A program made the position numbers and the translations under genes. From Takakia lepidozioides (Eukaryota; Plantae; Bryophyta), in the NCBI GenBank assembly GCA_030704615.1, contig CM060731.1, forward strand, positions 45,942,001 through 46,006,000: a stretch of 64,000 nt of DNA, in the 5' to 3' direction. Numbering within the stretch: position 1 is the stretch's first letter; the number at the start of each line of letters is the position of its first letter. Below, one piece after another: positions 39,745 to 50,813 of the stretch. The notes under the pieces were generated by a model. It saw only the letters and a program-made list of their open reading frames with translations, was not told the DNA's origin and did no database searches.

Positions 39745-41306
39745 AAGCCTTCTTTCTCACTTAGCCTCCCCAAACACACCACTAAACTCAATGGCAAACA
39801 ACCAAGCCCTGCTGGTTCCCAGCCCTTGTGAGCACTCATTCAAGCACTCTCCTTGGCCATAGCATCTGTCTTAGAGCCTATTCCAGCCCCCTACACCTGC
39901 TGCTTCAAGAGTTGCGCTCTCTTCAAGCTTGAAGTTGAAACCCCAACTCACATAGGCCCTACAAGTGCTTCTCTTTCACTCCAAGTGGAAACCAGCCCTA
40001 GACCTTCCGTTCTAGCTCTCTAAAGCTTGAAAACAAGAGCCTCAATGGGCTGAAGGCATGCTCCACACATGCCTCACTCTCAACATAAGAGAATCAGCTC
40101 CTTTGCTTCATTTCTTGCACCCACAAACCTGAAAATACAAGCTTCAGCAGGCTGAAAGCATGCTCCACATGCCCTACAGGGAAACCAGCCCCTTCCTTCC
40201 TTTCTTGCAGTCCACACCTGAAAGTGCAAGCCTTCACCAGGCTGATAGCATGCTCCACACATGCAACCTCTTCACACAAGAGATATCAGCCCCCTATCTT
40301 GGCTCCTTGGTTCCTTGATGCTCTCTAAGACAAGACTAAGCACTCCACAGCCTTTGCCAAGCTCCTGAAACCCTAAGGCTTACATTTCCAGCCACAAGAC
40401 ACTTCTCTTGTGGTGTAAGAGCTCTTCTTCCAAGCTCTGAAACCCTAGGTGCACATTCCATGGCCTTGCCGCACCTCTTAGCTCCTGTTCCAGCCCTGCT
40501 CTTGCCATGACAAGAGCCCTCTCAATGCTGAAGCTCGAGATTGAAACCCAATCTCACCATACTCCACAAAGTGCACTGATTTGCCCCAAGCCAAATCAGC
40601 CCTTTCGCTTGGTCTTGCAATCCTTCACACAATGAAAGCTCGCATTCCCAAGTCCAGTTCTCAGCTTTGCCACCAAAGCCACTATAACCTGCTCTTGATT
40701 GGTCCTCTTCCCAATCGTGCTTGCTCATGCATGTACACAATCTGGAACCATCAAGGTGCTCTGGAATTACCTGCAGCATGGTGCTTTCATCTCTGAAGCT
40801 GAAGATCAAATGCCAAGGTGTACCACCTCGTAACCCACATCACCTCCACTTCTAACAACCAAGAGCTTCACGGTGCTCCTTGCATAACAACTTGGTTTCT
40901 CTCATTCTCAAGCAAAAACCACAAGTGCTACAACTAACTCGTATCTGGCACTCACAGATACGAGCTGATCTTTCTCGAGTGATAAAGAAGAAGAATACAA
41001 GCAGAAGCTCATGCGAGCTCACAAAGCTGAAGCATAAACTCCTGCATATATAATCTCATCACTCAAATATAAGTCAAGCCAAGTGCACCCCACGCCATGG
41101 GGAATCCACACTACGGCGCCATAGCTAGGCGCGGTGAGGCTCAACTCGAGAAAGATTAGCCTCCCGCGCTTGCCGTGAAGATAACCACTCCAGGGCCTAA
41201 ATTTGCCTTGACCCCTGGATTGACACTTGGGCCAATCCCAAATGTCAATATGTAAAAGCTAGCTATTTCCTAGCTAGTTTCACACTAGTGGTCAAATAAC
41301 TTGACA
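39739..41306. repeat. Solo-LTR-like ~1.57-kb element (family B)
   Basis: TGTCA...TGACA ends; 40980-41306 almost identical to 37220-37546; non-coding. Confidence 0.7.
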
Positions 41307-41810
41307 ACGCCATAAAGGGCGTAAACAGTTGTGGATTGCGCATTTGCTGCAAATCACACCAACTGTCAAACTCTTGTATAAAGTCATCAAGCTCGATGGT
41401 GTCCACAACTCCAGAGTACCTACGTGGCCCCTTGGTAGCTCCATACATCTCCTCCATCGTGTCCCACAACAATGGCACGGAAATGACTTGCACCCTCGGC
41501 GAGAATCCTCCGGACTCCGAGTCTGAACCTTCCTCAGAAGACACTGAAGGTGAAAGTGGCCTAAACGGCACACCTCGTCTTGTGTACCCACTAGTATCGC
41601 TGGTGCTCGTACCGGCACTCCCCTCAGCAGCTGGTGGTACCTCCGTGATGAAAACTCACAACCCAACCGGTTGTCAACCTGTCTCTAATCCCCACTTTCT
41701 ACAAGGTAACCGGGTAGAGAACTTGTTGCGGCTACTGGTTCAAGCAGGAACAATAGGTTTCAACGTACCTGTACCTGCACCTGCATCCACCGCAAGCACT
41801 CCTATGGTCT
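41307..41810 (-). pseudogene. gag N-terminal part of the DNMT element
   Basis: RRYSGVVDTIELDDFIQEFDSWCDLQQMRNPQLFTPFMA joins WKGLFQHLEG at 37030. Confidence 0.78.
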
Positions 41811-42317
41811 GCTAGTCATCAACCCAGCCTCATCATAGAAGAAACACTGGTGGTCTTGCTGGTCATCACTCCAGCCTCACCACCGACAGCATAATCTAGG
41901 ATTGGCCGGTGATCAAATCCGGACCAACCTCCTATGAAAACAAGCGCCCACACAAAGCTAACATGGCGCACAGTCAAGCATGCAGGTGTGGAGGGGATCC
42001 AAACACAAGAAAATCAAGACAGCAACTCCCCCACACCAAAAACACTCCACAGTGTCGCTCCTGCAAGGACACCCCAGCCCAAACCCGGACTAACTCTTGC
42101 CTCCATCTACGGAAAGGTTTTGGCCTACAGAGAGGGTGAAAGACTATGGAGAAGAGAAACTAAAGCAATTCCTAACCCCAGAATGCTCTCATCCCACCAC
42201 TCTCCCTCCTGTCTCTATCCACTCGCTTGTATGGCCGTGGCAAGTATCCTTCAATATCCCTCAATCAATCCTTCAAGAGCTCTTCAACATTGTCCACCAA
42301 AGCTCCTTGAAGGGTCA

Positions 42318-42427
42318 TCCAAGGACCCCAAAGATCCTCCAAACACTCCTCCAAGGACCCCAAAGATCCTCCAAATACTCCTCCAAGGGCCCTCAAATAT
42401 CTTCCAAACAATCATCTAAAGGCCCTT
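42318..42427. repeat. Tandem repeat, ~32-bp unit, ~3.5 copies
   Basis: TCCAAGGACCCCAAAGATCCTCCAAA(C/T)ACTCC repeated. Confidence 0.85.
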
Positions 42428-42453
42428 AAATTTCACTAAGTCCTTTCACTGTT

Positions 42454-42846
42454 GATACCTTAACAAAGGTATAGTCTGAGGTTGCTAGGGTCCCTTATGT
42501 TGATGATACCTTTACAGAGGTATAGTCTGAAAATGAGGGTTCTGTTTGGTATACTAACAGAGGTATAGTCTGAGCTGATTAGGGTTCACATATGGTGATA
42601 CCTCAACAGAGGTATAGTAAAAGGGACAAGCTCCTGTTTGGTATACTAACAGAGGTATAGTCTGAGCTGATTAGGGTTCACATATGGTGATACCTCAATA
42701 GAGGTATAGTAAAATGGACAAGCTCTTGTTTGGTATACTAACAGAGGTATAGTCTCACATTAGGGTTCACATATGGTGATACCTCAACAGAGGTATAGTC
42801 AAAGGGACAAGCTCCTGTTTGGTATACTAACAGAGGTATAGTCTGA
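42454..42846. repeat. Nine-unit hairpin-core tandem array with ~92-bp dimeric higher-order period
   Basis: Core AACAGAGGTATAGT at spacings of about 51,43,49,43,49,43,46,43; ATACCTC-AACA-GAGGTAT is a perfect stem-loop. Confidence 0.92.
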
Positions 42847-43529
42847 GCATACACTACTAGGGTTTGTAATGAAGAGCTAGAATGCAAGTCCTTGACTTCT
42901 ATGCTTCTACTCAAGCAAAAATATGGTCTCTAGGTGGTCATAAGAGGCATCTTCTGGCTCTCTTCCACCCCAATGTGCAACCAAGAGTGGTCCAACTCAA
43001 CTTGCAAGTCATTGTCCACCAAATCAATCCCCCTTCTAGTCCTTGGGATTTGATTGCAAACTACCATATCTCCATTGCCGAGCAATCATGCATTTGTCTC
43101 CTCATCACTTGACAATTGCTCCAAATCAACACAAATTATCTCAATGTGTAGGAGCAATGCTTGTCACTTACAATAATGCTCCCAAGCAATCCGCCTTGGA
43201 TCCCACTCTCACGCCATATGCCTCATTTGGGGTCTTGCACCAATCCATCATCCATGTGCTCCCCGTGGTCATTTGAATGCATGTTTCATGACCTCTTGGC
43301 CTATGTGTTGCTCTCCTTCATCATAACATGAATCAACACCTCTCCACTTCACACACAAATGGATCTCAAAGGCCTTCACCTCTTGCTAGTTCAAGAGCTC
43401 CCCTTCTCAAACTTGAACTTACGAACTCAAGCGAGCATGCTCCACACATGCACCACTTGCTTGGTCAACTATCCACCACAAAGCTCGCACTACCAAGAGC
43501 ATGAATAGCCAAGTATTGCCTCCCCCTCT

Positions 43530-44564
43530 TGTCACATTACATAGTTAGGGTGAAGCTATGCATACATTGAATGATGATTTCCCTTCAAGGATTTCCCACC
43601 ACATGTTCTCCAAGCCCTTCCAATGGCACCCTAAGTTTGGCTCCACACCACCATGATTGGAAGATTTCTTCACATGCTCCCTTTCAAAACCTCTTGAGCT
43701 TCTTAGTGCTCTCCAAGTGCTTGTCCTTGTTGTCTTCAAGCCCAAGCATATATAGCTCCTTGGCTTCTCTTCCACAACATCCACACTTTGAACTTGCTTA
43801 ACCCTAGCTTGATAGTGAAATGAGCACTAACAAGCCTTTAGTCACTCTCCATAAGCCATGGCGCACACCATCGACTCCATAATGCATACAAAGGATTCTC
43901 AAACCCTAGAATCCATGCTTCCACACACACAAGACTTCCTCCTTACAATCCTTGCAAAATCTTGTGACTCAAGAGCTTTCTTCTCAAGCTCTCCAACTCC
44001 TTGGTGCATGCAATACTCGAGCACCTTTTCTTGCAACCCCTTGCAAGCCTTGTGATACAAGAGCTAAATTCTCCTAGCTCTCAACTTCTTTAAAATACAA
44101 GTGCAAAACTAATCCTTACACTCCGCACTCACAAGCATAAGGTGATCTTCTTGTAGTGATAAGAGATGAGAAATGAGAGAAGTAGAAGACAATGAAAGCT
44201 CTCAAAACATGAAGCAATCACATGAAGAACAAGCCCTAGTCCTTCCAAGTGAAATCCACTCTATCACATAAAGTAAGTCAAGCCAAGGGCACCTTTGCTA
44301 AAGGAATCCACCCTACAAAGCCCTCAACACACTCCCTCTCAATACCTAGAGCTATGGAGGTGAGAGAAGCTCATGGAGGCTCAACTACAAGAAGATGAGC
44401 CTCCTCAACACTCACAAGGAGAAAACCTATCTCCATGTCTCAAGTGAGGCTCGACACCTCACTTGGCATGTGAGACCAAATGAAGTCCCAACACACAAAA
44501 TATAAATATAAATATCTAAAATGTCCTAGTTAACTAGAAGTAGGTAATTCTAGATAACCATGAC
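43530..44564. repeat. Diverged LTR-like element related to family B
   Basis: Starts TGTCA; 44155-44410 resembles 40980-41165 (AAGTCAAGCCAAG, GGAATCCAC, GAGGCTCAACT). Confidence 0.55.
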
Positions 44565-47500
44565 TCTTTATTTAAAGCATATGTTATCTGGATTCTGTCT
44601 GTCCGCATTAACATTTTGTTAACGACCATATATCCGAAGATATATTTTTGAAAAAACATAGTTGTCTACATAAACATAATTAGCTTGACAAAAATTATTG
44701 TTCTGAAAAAAATCTTTTGTCTTGATAAAGAATACTGATATTGATATAGACATTTCTCTTCAAAGTTGAAGGTAATTTGTTCTATGAGCTCTCCTTGTTG
44801 ATTTTCTGAAAATAGTTCCTTTTGTTTTTCCTGATTTGATCATCATGTTTGGCTCTTTCCGGCCTTGGAACCCGTGAAGGTCATAAGTTCTCTTCTGATG
44901 CGTCTATTGCAATCCTGCTTGGATGCAAATTCCAGGCCCTGCGTATTTGTGGCAATAGGAAAGCAAACGGAGAGTCCATTGTGCTTAAAATTGTTGGAGA
45001 TCCGGGCATACTAGGAGGGGTTGAGACTAGTGGGTTTGAGCCTAATAATGTTTGAGGGCGTATTAAAGATTTTAAGCTGGAAGATGACCTCAATTATTTA
45101 CGCACATAGAAGCTGTGATGGTGTTGTGCCTTTAGCCCCAAGCATTCCATGGAGGAAGAAAAAAAAGTTCATAGCTTAGAAAAAGGATTTCCAATATCCC
45201 CGAAGAGGAAGGAACTTATTAAATCCCTGGTAATCTCAAGAGCTTATTGAACAAGACCGCCTAACAAAGAAAAGAAATGAAATGAAATGGTACTTTATAA
45301 GACAAAACTAGAGCCAAAAAGCAGCCCAAATGCAACTACTGCTCAAGGGATTGCCCAACCTCGTGCAGGTAAGCTGCCAAGCATTTCTGACCCTCATAAT
45401 GAAGACTTTAGTGAGAGATTGAGTGGAATCTCACACAAATCTCATAATACGAATGGCACTAAAAGAAGTGTTCTTCAGTTTCAATTCCTGGTTGCACTTG
45501 GTGCAAGCTGGGCATAGGCAGTCTTCACGTTACAAGAAGAGAAAGATAATTAAATGAAATGGAACTTATAACATCCGCAGAAAGCTCAAAGAGCTTATGG
45601 GACAAAATGGGGAAAAACAAGAGATAGGCTCGACAAAACCAGAGCCAAAAATCAGCCCAAAAGCAACTCCTCCTCCAGGCTTCTCCTGCTTTGTCCCAAT
45701 CAGGCATCAAATTTCGAACTAGAAAATATCACAACTGGTGGACTACACATTCAGCTGCATCTCCTTTTAAAATCTTCACTATCTCGGCCGTTCAAATTTA
45801 ATGTAAGTATGGTCTAATACAACCTCGCTGCAGTGTCCCACACAACAAGGCATAACGAAGAGATGCATTACCGGGGCCTTCCACTAGGTGGCCAGATGAT
45901 AAACAAATCCTAAATGACAAAAATTTAGGACACAAGTAGCATGGGGGACAAGCAGTATGAGAAAAGAAAAGACCAATACCAATGGCCAGCTTCTCACTGT
46001 GGTGGCAAAGAAAAAATTCCATTTCCTCCTCCCCCACATCGTGCAATACAAAGCGCGTGTCAGGCACATACCCCGCATCCTTCATCTGCCCAGACAATTT
46101 TATCAGCTCAGCATGGATTTCCTTAATCTGGGATGCAACTTGTCATCTACAACGAAGGTTTGCACTCTGATGTCAACCTCAATGTAGCAGCGACCTGCCT
46201 CCTTTCTAACCCCCCTGACCTTCATCATTCTTCTCACCTTTGTAGTATCATCCCACCTGCCAGCTGCAGCATAAATATTTGATAGCAACACATAAGTCGC
46301 GGCATCCTGTTCATCCCACTTGAGGATAGATGTTGCCGCATATTCAGCCATCTCCACATTGCCATGGATTCTGCAGGCACCAAGCAAGGCCTTCCACACC
46401 ACAACATCTGGATTGATTGGCATCTTATTTATCAGATCCACTGCCCCATCCAATTGTCCCGCACGTCCAAGAAGGTCCACCATACAGCCAAAGTGCTTTA
46501 TTGTCGGAGTGACACCATAATCTGGACTCAGGGAATCAAAGTAGCATCTTCCTTCGTTCAGGAGGCCATGTGGCTGCATGAAGAGAAAACACATAAAGGT
46601 GACACTATCTGGCTTCAAGTCGTTCTTTTACATTCCTTCAAATAGTTGCAGGACCTCCCTATGACAACCATGCTATGCATATCCTGCAATCATCGCACTC
46701 CACGACACCAAATCTCGTTCAGCCATACTGTCGAACACTCCCTTCGCATCCTCCATGCACCCACATTTGGCATACATGTCCACAAGGGCATTGTCCAGAA
46801 TGACACCGGGTACAATTCCAGCTCTGACGATGTCGCCATGGACCTCTTTGCCCTTTTCCAGAGCTGCACGGCTTGCACACACATTGCAAACGCACACAAA
46901 CGTGATGTGGATGGGCTTCACCCCTTCCCCCATCATTAGCTCATAGGTCTCCAAAGCCTCCACCCCGCATCCCTGCTGTGCATACCCTGGCAATCATCGC
47001 GTTCCATGACACCACATTTCGTTCAGCCATATTGTTGAACACTCCCTCCGTATCCTCAATGCACCAAATTTTGGCATACATGTCCACGAGGGTAGAGTCC
47101 AGAATGACATCTGGTACAATTCCAGCTTTGACGATGCAACCATGGACCTCTTTGCCATTTTCCAGGGCTGCCAGGCCTGCACATCATTGCAAACGCACAC
47201 AAACGTTATGTGGTCGGGCTTCACCCCTTCCCCCATCATTTGCTCATAGGTCTCCAAAGCCTCCAACCCGCGCCCCTGCTGTGCATACCTTGCAAGCATC
47301 GCACTCCATGACACCACCACTACAACAGATTGCAGCTTTTATGACTCCCATGGGTGCGCAGTCATGACATATTTGTGGCAGAAATGCCGTTTGTAGTCGT
47401 AAAATGCTTTTGAAGTCATAATACAAGTCTGGGGAAGGCGTATATGCGACTACATGGCTCCGGACTCTGCGCAACACAGGTCAAACATGTTTGACCACGA

Positions 47501-47784
47501 ATATTGGCATGGCAGATATGACTACCAGTCACGGTCATGGCTACACTGGAATGACGTGTGCATATTGCTAGACAGACATATGACTTCATGACTCTCACTC
47601 TAATGCATTCTGCCAGATCATCACGTGGATGAATCGCTACATGACTACACGTGTCGACACATTCTTTTCTGGTTATATATATAATATATGAGTATTTATA
47701 TTTTGAAAAAATGGAGACTCGACAACTAGAATGAATTTTGAAAAAATAAAAATAAAATAAAAGTGCAAAAAGATTTAAAAAAAA

Positions 47785-48007
47785 ACACATCGGCTGGTAA
47801 GTGCACAGTGTGTCGCCTTGGTGGTTTGGGGTTCAAACCCGTTGCCCATATCACGTGTGTGGGATTGTTCGCGACGGTATGTCTGGGCGTTGATCGTCCT
47901 GTAGGTCTTATGGCCCATAAATGAAGGCGGGTGAATTTTTCCCCCTCCTCAAGGGCCTGTGGTTTCCTTTAAGATTTTTTTTAAAAAAAAGGAAAAAAGA
48001 AAAAAAA
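47785..48007 (+). mobile_element. Probable tRNA-derived SINE inside the CACTA
   Basis: B box GGTTCAAACCC, weak A box, A-rich tail. Confidence 0.5.
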
Positions 48008-48639
48008 GGCTTTTAGGGTTTACAAAAAGGTTAAAAAACTTAAAAAGTTGCCCATCACGTAGCAGTGAACAGACTTAGAGCGAGCGGGAGGGAGAGAGAG
48101 AGAGGCCTGGGACTTAGAACGAGCGAGTGGGAGGGAGGGCAAACATGCATGGGAGGCCCACAGTTGGAGCAACCTTCGCATCTGAAGCAAGCGTCCTAGA
48201 AATGCTAGGGTATGTGTCCGAGGAGGTTTCGACTGGGAACTCGCAGTTCTTGGGAGATTCAGCTTGGTCTTAGCAGGCCGTGTTTCAATCTCTACCCGCT
48301 CAGCTGCACCGTGGTGGTTCTGACAGACAAATCTGACATTACCTAACTACAGACACAAGCAGCACACACAAGAGGCCTCTTGGGTTCATGGTCAGTCAAA
48401 TCCTCCATGGGTCATGACACAAGGTTAGGGTTTAGGGTCAAGAGAGGCTACCTTCGCTCCATTGTTGTAGTGGAGGTTGCTCCTCACAGCCACGTTGAAA
48501 AATTTGAGTACAGACATTTGTTGATGTGTAATTCCTCTGGCAAACTACTTGCAAGGTTTGTGACCAAAGGATGAAAATGTGGTATGCTTGGTTGGCGCAG
48601 TGCAACATCAAGTGGTTTCGAGAGTATGATAATATGACG

Positions 48640-49845
48640 GATCTTGGCGGGGATCGGTATTGGAATTTCATCTGGCGTAGTGCCCCTGTACATATCAGAG
48701 GTAAGGCTTTGTTCTCGTCTCCTTCCCAACTTTCACTAGTGTCTACGAGAGCAGTGTTAGAAAATGGTTTTGTTGCATGGTTTAACCTCTATCATAGAGC
48801 CAAACGCAGTCAGTAACTTTATGCTTGAGATCAATGCTGCTCAGTAATCCTGAGCTTTTTAAGTAGTTAACCACATCATAGTAAACTATGAAGAGAACCA
48901 TGTGACACCCTATGGTACCTTGCAAAGTTGCTTGGGATATTTGTTGTTGCACCTCATATCCATGACATTGGAGCACAAGGCTGAGAAAAAGGAGCATTGG
49001 GGTGGCAATGGAAGGTGTCTCCTACAGAGATCCGTGGTACACTGGGAACAGCGAACTAACTTTCCATCTGTGGGCATTCTGATGGCTCTTATTGTGGGGC
49101 TTCCCCTGAGTGGCAACCCTGCTTGGTACTGACTGGACACTGATGTGTTTGTGGACAGATGAAATATTCAAAGAACATGTGCAGCATGATTTGTTTCTGT
49201 ATTTTAGTCTTTCTTGTCTTGAAGGTGAAGGGTTGCTTTAGGCCTTCCAGTCATATAGAGGCACATGACATTTGGTCCAGTTAGTTGGAAGGCATAGTAT
49301 CTGTAATGGGCATTTGTGGTGGCCAAAATGGTCCTTTGAGTGAGTGCAAGGTAGACAATACTGGTGCTGGGTAAATGGTTGGTACATTGTTTTGCAAATT
49401 GAACATGTATTCAATCAAAGTTAATTGGATGCCACTGTGAGACGTTGCCTTGTATGGAAATGGACGTCAGATTCTTTCTTTGGGGTGATAAAACAGGTGG
49501 CGTAGCATGTTTGCATTGGCTGCAGTGTCCTCCTTTGTTTGGGCATGGCATACACTCCAGAAAGCCCACGTTGGCTATGCAAGGTTAACTTCCATCCATA
49601 TACGATGCATCTTGATTTTCTGTATCTTGTTGTTTTTGCAACAGGGTGACTATGCAGAGTTGGAATGTTGAACAACTCCAAACAGAGAATTGAGTCTAGA
49701 ACAACAATTGTTGTGTAATGTGGCTAGCACAACAAATGATTCAACGGAATGATGCTGGAGTGTGCAACAAGGGAGGATAGCAGAGGCAGAGACAACGGCA
49801 AGACAACTGTGGGGCAAGGCAAAGTGTGAGGCGGCCTTGGCAGAC
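48640..49845 (+). pseudogene. Captured fragment of a plastidic glucose transporter-like (pGlcT, MFS sugar porter) gene, four exon remnants
   Basis: LAGIGIGISSGVVPLYISE|gt; VSPTEIRGTLGTAN...GILMALIVGLPLSGNPAW|gt; WRSMF...PESPRWLCK|gt; GRIAEAETTARQLWGK. Confidence 0.85.
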
Positions 49846-50440
49846 AGAGCACTACCCCAGCCAGTATAGACCCAACCAGTCTTATTCACCCAACTATCGA
49901 CTCTTTGAAGAAGAGTTCTACAACCAGCCTATCACAAATCCAAACTACCTGAAGCATATAGGATTATATTAGATTAGATTTCCCGGCAGTAAGCAGTCCT
50001 TCCATATTGATCCGTCACCCATTGATTTGCAGCAAACTTATGTTGTGTAACTTTCAGAGATCCCTGGTGACATCATCAAATCTGCAATTGTACCAGATGT
50101 CATCCTGAACATTGCTCTGGTGGCCATGTATGCTAAATGTGGGAGCATCTAAGGGAGTGTTCAACACTATGGCTGAACCATATATGGTGTCGTGGAATGC
50201 GATGCTTGCAGGGTGTGCAGAGCAGGAGCGCGGGATGGGGCTTTGGACACCTGAAAGCAAATGATGGGGAAAGGGGTGAAGGTACCTTCTTCAACATATT
50301 TCACCCTGTTTTCCCTGCTAGTGTGTGCTTTGACAATTCTAGGCTGTCATTGTTAGCTGCTAGCAGCAAGGCGAGGATGTATGCATGATTTGTGCAGAGG
50401 CATCGATAGCTGAAGGAGCAGGGATTTCGTGTGGGTCCAG

Positions 50441-50813
50441 ATTCATCCAAGAGGGCCAGATTTCAAGCACAAGATTACCTGTGATTCCCTGTGGATCAAT
50501 AGCTACAAGAAACCTGCATGGGTAGATGGTCAACTGGCAGCAACGGCAGTGATAAAATCAGGCACTGCTAATGAAGGCATCTTCTTCAACACATTTCACC
50601 CTGTTTTTCCCTCTTATCAGAATCGGCCCTAAATTTTCATGTTTAATTCTGCAAGTTAGCTGGTTGAGTGAATCTAGTTTGGAGTGACTTTGACATGATA
50701 CTGCCAATGTGACAACAAGAAAGTGTCAAAAAACAGGTAATAGAGATGAGGAGAAGTTGTGGAATGAATACTTATCTGAGCCCAGTCACTGATGGGTCAA
50801 CCGGGGTAGAAAG
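50441..50813 (+). pseudogene. OSB-type PDF motif exons (B then A) inside the CACTA
   Basis: IHPRGPDFKHKITCDSLWINSYKKPAWVDGQL followed by EKLWNEYLSEPSH..VNRGRK|gt. Confidence 0.8.

Larger units (their letters stand above)
37031..41306. mobile_element. Composite nested insertion splitting gag (short LTR, partial long LTR, short LTR, deleted DNMT element, long LTR)
   Basis: ACGC on both sides; removing the block restores gag PFMA|WKGLFQH; starts TGTCG and ends TGACA. Confidence 0.8.
29741..41900 (-). mobile_element. Ty3/gypsy LTR retrotransposon with domain order gag-PR-DNMT-RT-RH-IN-PHD; interrupted at 37031-41306; 5' LTR not found
   Basis: See sub-features; short 3' LTR and polypurine tract at the left end. 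Confidence 0.93.

Noticed and set aside
42454-42846. CRISPR array
   Set aside because: Linkers are not unique (two types alternate), there are no cas genes, and the context is eukaryotic.
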